Assembly: GCA_030390025.1 (NCBI GenBank)
Contig: CM059432.1
Coordinates: forward strand, 21,702,001 to 21,766,000
DNA: 64,000 bases
Source: Squalus acanthias
Taxonomy: Eukaryota
Direction: 5' to 3'
Position numbers and translations under genes: made by a program
Notes under the pieces: model-generated
Seen by the model: only the letters and a program-made list of their open reading frames with translations
Told to the model about the DNA's origin: nothing
Databases searched by the model: none
In this document: in pieces, positions 48,386 to 59,599 of the stretch
Layout: each line of letters begins with the position of its first letter
Numbering within the stretch: the first letter of the stretch is position 1

Positions 48386-48544
48386 TCCTGTTGGCTACAA
48401 CTGTTCAGTGTCTGGAATATTTAGCCATGTGTGGGATTCTTTTCTTCCCTTGCTCTTGGTAGCATTAATATATTCATGTGGAGGGTGTCTTGGCTTGTGC
48501 CAGTTACACCAACTAAATTATTTCCCCCATGTTGATTGTGGGAT

Positions 48545-49230
48545 CACCATCACCACACGGATTGCAGCAGTTCAAGGAGCAAGCTCACCACCCCCTTCTC
48601 AGGGCAACTAGGGGTGGCCAATAAATGCAGCCTTGCCAGTGTTACCCACATCCCGATAGAAAATATAAAAATGTCAAAATTGGACTTTTATCCATTTCCT
48701 ACAAAGGGTTGTGGAAATCTGGAACTCTCTCCACCGAAAAGCTGTGGATACTGGATCAATTAAAACTTTCAAGACTTAGATCGATCATTTTTTGTTAGGT
48801 AATGGTATCGAGGATTATGGAGCAAAGGCGGGTAAGTGGAGTTGAGGTACCGATCTAATTGAATGGTGAATCAGGCATGGTGGGCTGAATGGCGTACGCC
48901 TGTTCGTATGTAGAATAATGCATTAATATAATGGAGTCCAAATACAGTGAAAGTGCTTTAATTGAACAGACTATTTGCCAGCAAAATGTATTAATACAAT
49001 GTATGAGGGGGATTGATAAAGTAAATCAGAAAAAAAATAATTGCACTGGTTACCAGAGGACATAAATTTCAGAACAAAGGGAGGGGTTAGGAGAAAATTA
49101 TTTATACAGAGGATTGTTAGGACATGGAATGTCCTTCCCAGAAACAATGGTGAAAGAATTCATAATAGCTTTTAAAGGGCAAGTGGATAAATAATTGTAA
49201 AAGCAAATAAATTAAGTGTATGGGGAAAGG
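48545..49230 (+). mobile_element. Cluster of decayed LINE 3' ends (62955-type and CR1)
   Basis: caccacccccttctcagggcaactagggg followed by CR1-like gggttgtggaaatctggaactctct and 3' UTR remnants. Confidence 0.6.
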
Positions 49231-50016
49231 CCCTACCATCCCTTACTAAATCCTGTTCAGCTGTCCACATTGACCTCTATTTGTTCCAGTCCCCAAAGCT
49301 CTGAATAAAATTTCTTATCCTCTGAAATTGGATGGTGTAGCAATGGAGGATGAGGGAAAATAGGTCAAGAAGGTATCATTCCCACTCCTGAAATAGACGC
49401 CACAAATTTTCTTCCACTCCCAAGCACAGAAGCCGGCTGCCCAACCCAGTCCTCTGAGGTTTTTTCCGAAGTTATGGCAGATGACTGGGAGAACCCTCAT
49501 AGAAATCCCAGGTGCAGGAACCTGCCCTCCCCCCAGTGAACCAACCCTCACCTTCTACCCCTAGTTCTGGAAAGCCTCAGGTTCCCTGTCCACCGTGATG
49601 CCAGATCAAAGCACCTCCCTTGCTGCCAAACTCCATCAGCCCCACGGCAAAACTATCCAACTCCTGGATCCGCACCTCAGTTCTGGCAAACTCCAGGACC
49701 ATTCTGCAGTGCCACAAAAGCCCAGGACCATCACTCAGTACTATCACATCACAGGACTGTCCCCATATGCAGGGAGACGCCATTCTCTCTCCCCAGTACT
49801 GCTAAGTAGCAGTGCCAGTCATTTTCACAGTGGTTCTCCCACTCTCCCAGTGTAACTTTGTTTCTCCAGGTTTCCCCTGAAATTTTAGTAGAAGGTCGGG
49901 AAATTCTGACAAAATCCTACCACACCAACTACCTACAATTGGTGAAACTTGTATATCACCTTGCTGTATATTTTCTGCTTTCGGGCTTAACGGGCCGAAT
50001 GGCCTCCTTCTGTGTT

Positions 50017-51482
50017 AGAAACATAGAAACATAGAAAAATAGGAGCAGGAGTAGGCCATTTGGCCCTTCGAGCCCATTCAATATGATCATGGCTGATCCT
50101 CTATCTCAATACCATAGTCCCGCTCTCTCCTCGTACCCCTTGATGCCTTTTGTGTCTAGAAATCTATCTATCTCCTTTTTAAATATATTCAGTGACTTGG
50201 CCTCCACAGCCTTCTGTGGTAGAGAATTCCACAGGTTCACCACCCTCTGAGTGAAGAAATTTCTCCACATCTCAGTCCTAAATGTCCTACCCCGTATCCT
50301 GAGACTGTGACCCCTCGTTCTAGAGTCCCCAGCCAGGGGAAACATCCTCCCTGCATCCAGTCTGTCTAGCCCTGTCAGAATTGTATACGTTTCAATGAGA
50401 TCCTCTCTCATTCTTCTAAACTCTAGTGAATACAGGCCTAGTCGACCCAATCTCTCCTCATACGACAGTCCTACCATCCCAGGAATCAGTCTGGTGAACC
50501 TTCGCTGCACTCCCTCTACGGCAAGTATATCCTTTCTTAGGTAAGGAGACCAAAACTGCACATCGTACTCCAGGTGTGGTCTCACCAAGGCCCTGTACAA
50601 CTGTAGTAAGACATCCTTGCTCCTGTACTCAAATCCTCATGCAATGAAGGCCAACATACCATTTGCCTTTCTAACTGCTTGCTGCACCTGCATGTTTTCT
50701 TTCAGTGACTGGTGTACAAGGACACCCAGGTCCCTTTGTACATCAGCATTTCCCAATCTAGCACCATTTAAATAATACTCTACCTTTCTGTTTTTCCTAC
50801 CGAAGTGGATAACTTCACATTTATCTATGTTATACTGCATCTGCCATGTATTTGCCCACTCACTCAACTTGTCTAAATCGCCTTTAAGCCTCTTTGCATC
50901 CTCCTCGTAACTCACAATCCCACCTAGTTTTGTGTTGTCAGCAAACTTGGAAATATTACATTTGGTTCCCTCATCCAAATCATTGATATATATTGTGAAT
51001 AGCTGGGGCCCAAGCACTGATCCCTGCGGTACCCCACTAGTCACCGCCTGCCACCCCAAAAAAGACTCATTTATTCCTACTCTCTGTTTCCTGTCTGTTA
51101 ACCAATTTTCAATCCATGTCAGTATATTACCCCCAATCCCATGTGCTTTCATTTTGCACACTACCCTCTTATGTGGGACTTTATCAAAGGCTTTCTGAAG
51201 ATCCAAATACACCACATCCACTGGTTCTTCCTTATCTATTCTACCAGTTATATCCTCAAAAAACTCCAGTAGGTTTGATTTCCCTTTCATAAATCCATGT
51301 TGAATTTGTCTAATCCCGTTGATATTTTCTAAATGTCATGTTATCACATCCTTTATAATAGACTCTTAACATTTTCCCTACTACAGATTTTAGGCTAACC
51401 AGTCTGTAGTTCCCTGTTTTCTCTCTCCCTCCTTTTTTAAATAGTGGGGTTACATTTGCCACCCTCCAATCTGCAGGAACTG
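50017..51482 (-). mobile_element. CR1 LINE, 5'-truncated
   Basis: ORFs 50637-51290 and 50106-50600 (RT and C-terminus); (AAACATAG)n tail. Confidence 0.92.
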
Positions 51483-51829
51483 CAACCATTCTATGATTCT
51501 ATGAAAAATGTTAAGGGATATAAATTCAATACATGGACAACTTAATTTATATTAAAATATAAAGGACAATCATTTTCTACAGAATAATGGACAAGATATA
51601 TGGAATTCAATTCCCAAAATACCAGGAAAAAAATCACAGTATGTCATAACATAAAAAGGGAATTTGACTTATTCAGTCATTTAAATCAGTAGCCCTGGTG
51701 ACATAGGTATTCCTATTGCTATGCAACAAGGTATGATCCAACTCACCATGAGCACCAGTACAGGATATTTATTAGTAATCTTTAAAGCATTGTACTGTAT
51801 AAATATTAGACATAATTTGCTGTAGCAGG

Positions 51830-52560
51830 GCAACAAACGGCATCCACCGTTAGTTAGACTTGTTCTTGCCTGTTTAATCGTGATGATTTTTTGCCACAAG
51901 TTGCTGAAAGTGCGAGCTAATAATGTCGCAGCAAGTGAAACCGGGCATCTGGGACCTGAGTGAACAAGACAATCAACTGTGTATCTCCTTAACCAATCAG
52001 ACTGAAGGATTGTGAAATTAACAGCACAAGGACTGAGAAGGAAGCGTAAATTAGAGTGGGTGAAGTCAATGCCAAATCAGGTACAGAAAGAGAGGGAAAG
52101 AAAGATCGGATTAACAGAGAGTGAAAAAAGAAACAGAAAGGAAAAGTACCCAAAAAATTAAATTTAACACTTTTTAAAACTCCACCGTCAATTAAAGGAA
52201 TGAAACTCCGCACTTGTAATAGGTAATTTTCAGTGCCAGAGAGGTTGTTTGGCAGTAATTAATACTTATTAAGTCGTTAAAAGGGTACTTAGACTGAAAT
52301 GGACAAGAATAACTTTCTGTGGTGAGTTTAGTTCATGTCTACCGCGCAAATACAGCAACTTCACATCGTTCAATGCATTTCAGTGGTGAGGCAGACAGAG
52401 AGATGGCGTTTTTGTGAAACTAACAGCGGAGCGGTGCAACTCGGACAGCAACTTTTGGATTTCCGCGTTTAGCCTTGCATTTGCCCTCACCTGGAGTTGC
52501 TGTAGCACTTGCACATAAATAACGGCAAGCGCCATTAGCCTCACCGAAAATTATAGCCCA
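51830..52560. mobile_element. Non-autonomous DNA element remnant
   Basis: Ends in aaaattatagccc, like the local Harbinger-type TIRs; left TIR not found. Confidence 0.45.
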
Positions 52561-52946
52561 ATATAAAAATGCCAGAAATTGAATGAATAGATATAATATA
52601 ATATTATCTCCTTATTCTGATAATGCCCATGAATTATTCAAGTTAGTTACAGTATTTGTGTTAAATTCCTGTCTGTGCTGCTTTACCACGTTGAAAATTG
52701 CTAATAATAGCATTGTGCTGAAAACAGTGCACAGAGAAAATTAAACCCTGAAGTCTGATCCAAATGGCTGGAATTGAAATTTTCAATAAGAGATTTTTGG
52801 AAAAGAAATCAGTTTGATTAATAGTTTCGGTCACTGAAATACAAATTAATATCTGAGCGGCGTGTTAGCTGACCCTCGGTTTGGCCAAGCTATCCATAGT
52901 CAAATGAGCTCACAATTCTGGCCCTAGGCTTTCCCTCACCTCTGCT

Positions 52947-53497
52947 TTGGTGATGGTGAAAGTGATGGTGAAAGTGGAGGTGACGGTGGAGGCAGAGATG
53001 ATTCTGGAGGTGGGAGTAGAGGTGGAGGTGGAGATGCAAATGATGGTGTGGATGAAGGTGATGGTGGAGTTGAAGGCGCTAATGGAGGTGATGGTGGAGG
53101 TGGAGATGATTCTGAAGTTGATGGTGGAGGTGGGGCAGAGATGGAGGTGAAGATAATGGAGATGGAGACGGAGGTGATGATCGAGGTAGAGGTGGAGGTG
53201 GAGATGAAAATGATGGTGGAGATAAAGATAATGGAGGTGAAGGTGATGGTGGAGGTGGAGATGATTCTGGAGTTGATGGAGGTGGGGTAGAGGTGGAGTG
53301 GAGATAATCGAGATGGAGGTGGAGGTGATTATAGAGGTAGAGGTGGAGGTAGAGATGAAAACAATGGTAGAGATGAAGATAATGATGGATGTGAAGGTGA
53401 TGGTGGAGATGGAGATGATGCTGGAGATGGAGGTGGAGTTGGAGATGATGCTGGAGATGATGGTGGAGGTGGAGGTGGAGACGGAGGTGTTGGTGGG
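52947..53497 (+). repeat. Degenerate GTG/GAG/ATG trinucleotide low-complexity tract
   Basis: About 550 bp with almost no C on the plus strand. Confidence 0.9.
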
Positions 53498-53664
53498 GAG
53501 AAATTTTAAGTACAGAATCTCATCTCAATACTTATACCTTCGTGCATAACAACAAGGTCAATGGTGTTGAAGTTCTGGACCGTAAGTTGTGTCTATAGAA
53601 AGAGAATGGGATGGAGGGAAAAGTTTATTGAGCTGGGACAGAATTTATTGTGTTGGAATGAATG

Positions 53665-54060
53665 GGGTGTATTGCTATAGTTATGAGGAGAGACTTAAGA
53701 TACTGGAACTATTTCTATTACATCAGAGAAGGCTAAGAAGAGATTTAATAGACGATTTTAAAATTATGAAGATTTTGATAGAATAGCGAAAGAGTATTTC
53801 CTCTGGTTGGGAGTCAGTGATGGGCGCCCACTAATTTAAAATTATCACTAAAATTGTGAGGAGAGAGACTAGGAGAAAATTCTTCAATTAGAGGCTTTTA
53901 GAGAATGTTATATTTTGTGGTAGGGAGTTGAGGCAGAGACCACGGCATCTTTTAAGAGAAAAAGGATACATGTTTGAAGTGGAGGAAGATACAGGGCTAT
54001 GGAGAGAGAGAGCAGGCGGCGGAGCTGGTTTCGGATTGTTCCAGTAAACAGGTAGCCAAA
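53665..54060 (+). mobile_element. Old CR1 3' region
   Basis: YSYEERLKILELFLLHQRRLRRDLI. Confidence 0.75.
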
Positions 54061-54300
54061 GCACAATAGGGGAGATTCCGTTCAGTGGAAACAGCGCACT
54101 AGCCCCCCCAAAATGGTGGGGAACAGCTTACCCCCCCCCCCTTTCCTGTCCCTCATCTGGTTGACATCGGCTTTGGAATGACCTACCGCTGGGTGGGTGT
54201 CCGGAACACCTGTCTGTTTGAGGCAGTAAGCCCTTTTACACTGCAAATCGGTGTCCGATGACAGACGTAGGACTTTGTTAAACCTTGTCTTAAATCAACT

Positions 54301-54493
54301 TAAATCTGCTGTGTCTTTGATGTAATGCCTCCCTGACGGATTGTATCTCTGCAGACACATTGTTCTCTGTCCATATATGCTTTGTAACTGATTTGTATTC
54401 CCTCACTTTACCTGACGAAGGAGCAGCACTCCGAAAGCTCGTAATTTCAAATAAAACTGTTGGACTATAACCTGGTGTTGTGCGACTTCTCAT
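54301..54493 (+). mobile_element. 193-bp non-coding Penelope family-2 derivative
   Basis: Same terminus as 23510-23600; 11-bp TSD TTAAATCAACT at 54290-54300 and 54494-54504. Confidence 0.85.
54408..54444 (+). ncRNA. Minimal hammerhead ribozyme motif, intact core
   Basis: TTAC-CTGACGA-A-GGAG cagca CTCC-GAAA-GCTC-GTAA. Confidence 0.8.
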
Positions 54494-54755
54494 TTAAATC
54501 AACTGGGCAGTATCCCATCAACCTTATAGTTTGGACTTCAATCATCTTTAAGCAGAACTTTGTACTGTGAATTAAACAGATGGAACTTGATAAAGTTACA
54601 AGATCTTTCAATGCCATTGATTAAATCATAACACAAGTAAGGATTCAGTCACAACTTAAAAACAACCAGGACACAGGCCTGTAATATCAGGTTATGTGAA
54701 AAGATGGCAGATGGTGAGTGGGTTTCTCCAAAGGTTCATTCACTCGAGTTGCGTT

Positions 54756-54771
54756 AGTGCCCTCTGCTGGA
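54756..54771 (-). promoter_or_regulatory. CTCF core motif
   Basis: Minus strand TCCAGCAGAGGGCACT fits CCASYAGRKGGCRC. Confidence 0.45.
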
Positions 54772-55579
54772 AGGCGCTGCATCCTTCATGCCTGCAATAC
54801 CACTATTTCTAGTTTAGGGCTTACAAGGTGTAATAGAAATTAATAAACAGAGGATCTATCACAGCCAGCTACGCAATGAGATGGCTCTCTCCATAAGTGA
54901 GACTCAGTGAATCGCTTTGTCATTCCATTTATATTTTCAACAATTATTTTGGAAAAAATTATAATGAGTAGTTTTCATAGCCTGAGAAAATCAGCTGAAG
55001 GTACTTTGTGATGTATTAGCTTGACATCGTGCATGTAGAAATGCAACTTCTCCCCCTCCAATTGTACTGACTGACATTTCCATGGGCACCAGCCACGCTG
55101 TTACCTCACTCACGTGTGAGTGTCAGTGTACTTAACCTGAATGGGGAGGAGGGTAGACATCAAAGCTGATCCTGATCCTAACCCCGTTCAACATGCACCA
55201 AGACAGCAGAGAATACTGGATAGCGATTAGAACCAGCTACCCTGGCTGTGTGTTTTTCTTGCACTGTCTATCCCAAGGTTACTGAGACGATTTGATTCTA
55301 ACACCTTAGATGCCAACAGCACAGAAGGATGCAATTCAACCAGCTCTTTGCTAGAAGCTGGTGGGAGCCTCATTACTGTTTGCAAATTGGGGTTCTTACG
55401 ACATGCATAGTACCCCAATTGCAATATCGAAGTGGAGGTGGTCAAAGCGCACACGGTGCATGCTCCACCCAGTTGTACCTCAGTGGTGAACGGTCTAACC
55501 AGCGGTCCTTAAAGGAAACACTAGAGGCCACTGTGAAAACGTCTCAGGAATCTATTTTTTGGGAGGGCCGGGAGCACCA

Positions 55580-57290
55580 GGAGTCACATCGGATGACATT
55601 GGTGGCTTTGATTGGGGCCATTGCAGTACTGTGGCACGGTGGAAACCTGATTGAAGAGGTTCAAACATAGAGATGTGGGAAAGACGAGCATGGATTTGGG
55701 AGGTGACAAGACATTCAAGGACTTTGGAGAGGAAAGGCAGGTTGAAGATGGGGCGGTAGTTTGCAAGGACAGAGGGTTCAAGGGTGTTTTTTTTTGTGGA
55801 GAGGGGTGATGACGGCAGATTTGAAGGGGAGGGGGACAGTACTTGAGGAGAGGGAACCTGTTACCAATATCAGCTAACATGGGGACCAGGAAGGGAAGTT
55901 GAGTGGTCAGCAGTTTGGTGAGAATAAGATCGAGGTAGCAGGAGGTGGGTCTCATGGACAAGATGAGCTCAGCCAGTGCATCATGGAAGATAAGAGAGAA
56001 AGTAGAGAAAGATGCAAGTTCAAGGCTAGGGCAGGGGGAATTTTAGAGGAAGTTTGGCCCGTTGGGCTAGGAGAAGGGACGGATGTGGCAGAGGCAGCTG
56101 AATGGATGGTCTTAATCTTAGTGACAAAGAAGTCTATGAGCTTCTCGCACTTGTTGTTGGAGGTGAGGGAGGGGGCGTGGGGGCACAGATGAGAGGGATT
56201 TAAGAAGATGGTTGTTAGTGGAGAAGATCCTGGGGTAATGAGCAGTTATGGTAAAGGATAGTAGGACCCAATATTGCTTTATGTGCTCCAACCAGAACTG
56301 GCGATGATGGCTAATCCAGTTATCCGCCATTAATGTAAAAGTCTACAGGGGACAAATTGGGTCGCGCCCCCTTTGGGGCGCTAACTTCGCCGGGGCGCTA
56401 CTTTTAGCACCCCGAAAAAATTAGCGCCCCCGTGGCCAGAATTCACCGGTAGCACCCCAAGAGGGAGGCAGGACGCTACTGCAAGCGCCCCACCTCCCTC
56501 TTGGGGCGCTGCGAGTGAATATCACAGCGCTACGTGCTGCGGTCCTGCAGGCCTTCCTCCCCTTATTAAAGGGGAGGGGCCCGGGGCCTGGCTGGGCCAC
56601 CAGGGATCGGAGTGCCGGCACTCAAGAGAAGTGCCGGGCTCATGGAGCGCAGCCGGCACTCCGCGGGGGGGCTGCTCAGGAGGCCGGGTACGGCAACGGG
56701 GGCAGGTGCTGGCAGGTGGCCAGTAACAAAAATGGCCGCCCGGCACCTCCCCATTAATTTGCACCACCCCGGCCACAGGTAGGACCCCCTGAACCCGTCA
56801 GACATAGCATCCGGCGGTAAGTCAGGGGGCACTACCGAAGATTGCGGCCGGGGCGCGAGCAGGGCGCTGCGCACGGCGATGACGTCATCGCCGGTGGCGC
56901 AGCGCTACAGGGCGCTAACGGTTACGGCCGCCGCTAACCTCCCGCTGAATTTCGCGGGAGGCGTTGGCGGGCTGCACCTGGGTGCTAGTTGCTATGCGCC
57001 CCGTTAGCGCTCTCTTAGGGCACTAACGGGAAGCGCAAAACAACTGAATTTTCAGGCCTAAGGGTTTTACTGGGGACAAGGACATCAGAGGTTGAGGTGA
57101 GGGTGTGATTGAGCAGATCAGTAGCTGCAGAAATATCATGGCGAATGGAGGGCCAAAAGCTAGACAGGAATTTGAACGCGGCATTGTAAGTGACTTGGGG
57201 GAGCGGTGTATCCAGGGGCGGACACAAAAGGAAGTGGGGCTAGAAGGGGGAAGGGGAATGTGAGTGGAAAGGGATACAAGGATGTGATCA
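55580..57290 (-). mobile_element. L2 internal fragment split by a MITE
   Basis: 55580-55970 is homologous to 10430-10790 (MRPTSC.LD.I.TKLLTTQLPFL); L2-like sequence continues after 57060. Confidence 0.75.
56348..57058. mobile_element. GC-rich palindrome-rich MITE (same family as 11295-12034)
   Basis: Shared blocks (ccccaagagggagg, taaaggggagggccc, tcccgctgaattt); ends in aattttcaggcc. Confidence 0.75.
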
Positions 57291-58079
57291 GAGATGGCCT
57301 TACTAAATTATTTTCGATGACAGATGCTGACTGATCTGCTGTGCCTTTCCAGCATTTTATTTTCATTTCAGATTTTCAGCATTGATGTTTCTTTTTATTT
57401 GACCATTTTAAGGAGTTAGTTCAGGTCTTCTGTTCATTGGCTGTGTTATAGTTGCTAAGGGAAACTGCATGGTTTTCTACAGTGAGTGAGTGAAGGGAAA
57501 TCAAACATTAAAACATTCAGTGAATGCTAGGATGAGGAATGAAATTAGGTTCATGTACTGAGTATTACAGCTCAGCGCATAAATAGGCAACTAACCTAGT
57601 CTGTATTATGATAAAATATATCGGACTATCCACAGGTAAGAACCATCCTTTCCCGAGAAATACCTTGAGTTAGATAAATTACTACTGTATGGGATATTCA
57701 GCAACATGTTATACAGTGGTTATTGACCGGTCGCTAGATAATTCAAGAAGTTTCACAAATTGCATACAATCAGCATACAAATTTAATTAGTTTATTTCAC
57801 TCTCCCATCGATTGTGATCCATCTATGTTTAAAGGTTTTCCATCTCCCACTCCAGGCATCACACTCCAGATGTTACACTTCATCACAGATCCAAAATAAT
57901 CTTCAAAATAAAGAGAAGGAAAGCCAGTCATTTTATCTCTGGTTCTTCTGACCTGGATCTTGAAATGCATAAGCAATTTACTTTTTCAGTCAAATTCTCA
58001 TTCAAAAAAATTTTTTTGGATTTGGAGAAAAAAATTATTTAGTTATTACAGCTTTATTTTTTCATGGTAACGTTAATGG

Positions 58080-58500
58080 GAAGATGTTTTTCCTGCCAGT
58101 TTCTCTCCTCCCTTCCTCTACTTGAAGATGTTGACTTCTTGCTGGGGTACAGTTTCATAGCTTCCAGGTGCCCTCTGCTACCCTGCCCCAGTGCCCATTA
58201 TTCATCAGTGAGCCACCAAGCATCAGTAGGCTATTTGGCCACAGGGCATCAAAGCCAAGCCAAACTCTGTCCTAACTCAATGTTGACAGACATTCACTTC
58301 CAGCATGGGTAGCTAGATAGCAATCAGGAGCAGGAACCTTAGGGGATTTTCACCTCCCTAACACATGGGCACCAACTTATTTATAACTCCCCAGCACCTC
58401 TTTATCTGAGACTGGCTAATTTAGTACAGACCAAGAATTGAAGTAGGGACTTTACTGGTCTAGACAGTTCACTGTTTTGGCCAGCTGAGTCATTGAGTAG
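58080..58500 (-). mobile_element. Ancient tRNA-headed SINE (resembles AmnSINE2)
   Basis: Shares gatagcaatcaggagcaggaac and cagaccaagaattgaa blocks with other local copies; name from recall. Confidence 0.55.
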
Positions 58501-58679
58501 CAAATCCATTTCATTTTTTTGTAGAAGAATATATATTTGGTTGAAATAAAAATAGATGTGGGAAGCAGGTAAAACCATGTGAAACAAATCCTATACTTGA
58601 ATACCAGCTATTGGTGGAATAGTACGTCAAAAGTTAGAGCATTGTTTTGAATATTGTGCATCCCCGACTTCCATTGATG

Positions 58680-59190
58680 GCCGTGCCTGGAGCAGTCTAG
58701 GCCCAACGTTCTTGAATTCCCTCCCTAAAATTCTCCATCTGCCTCTCCTCCATTATGATCCTCCTTAAAGCCCTCGTCTTTGACTAAGCTCTCCTAATAT
58801 ATCCCTCTTTGGCTTGGCATTGATTTTTGTCTGATTACATTTCTGTGAAGCACCTTGGGACATTTCCAGCTATATGAATGCAAGTTGTTGTTACTGTGAC
58901 CATGACGCCTCTCGGTGATTTTTTACATATGTCCAAGTCAGGATGGTGTGTCATTCGGAGTGGAAACTGGAAGTGATGCTGTTCCTGCGACTTGGCTGGT
59001 CTTGTCCTCCTCAGTGTTAGAGGCCACGAGGCTGAGAGGTGCTATCAAAGTAAGCCTTGTGAGTTGCTGCGGTGCATCCTTATAGACACTACTTACGGCA
59101 GCCACAGTGCACCAGTGGTGGAGGGGGTGAATAATGATCCAGTATCAGGGGAATCAATTCCTAGATGGTGTTGAACTTCTTGAGTGTTTT
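58680..59190. mobile_element. L2 3' end (plus) abutting a decayed 62955-type LINE (minus)
   Basis: gaattccctccctaaa...tgcaagttgttgtt, then ccaagtcaggatggtgtgt...gagttgctgcggtgcatc. Confidence 0.65.
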
Positions 59191-59599
59191 TGTGTGGGAC
59201 TGGGTCTTCTAACCAGAAACTGGCGTGAAGTATTAGACTATCTAAAGAAGGGGGGGAAATGGAAAACAAAGAATAAAACAAAATCAGGCCAAGAATGATA
59301 GTCACACTACCATTGCTTGAGACCTGGACTGCTTTGAATTGTTTTTTCCCCCCATTGATAACAAGGAAGCAATCTTTCTTTCTTTCTTTCTTTCTTTCCC
59401 TTAGACTTATTTTATTCTTTCATTGGAATGCAGAAATAACTATTTGCTTAATCCAAAATATTATTACGCAGAACCAGACATTTCCATAGAAGAGGCTAAC
59501 TAGAACTGCTATATTACAGGCTAATTTCACAAGTGTGAATGGCCTTTAGTTTATAAATAAATACTGAGCATTCAGTGTTTATTTAAAGAAATAAGAAAT

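Noticed and set aside
52947..53549. Val/Glu/Met-rich ORFs
   Set aside because: Artefacts of a trinucleotide low-complexity tract.
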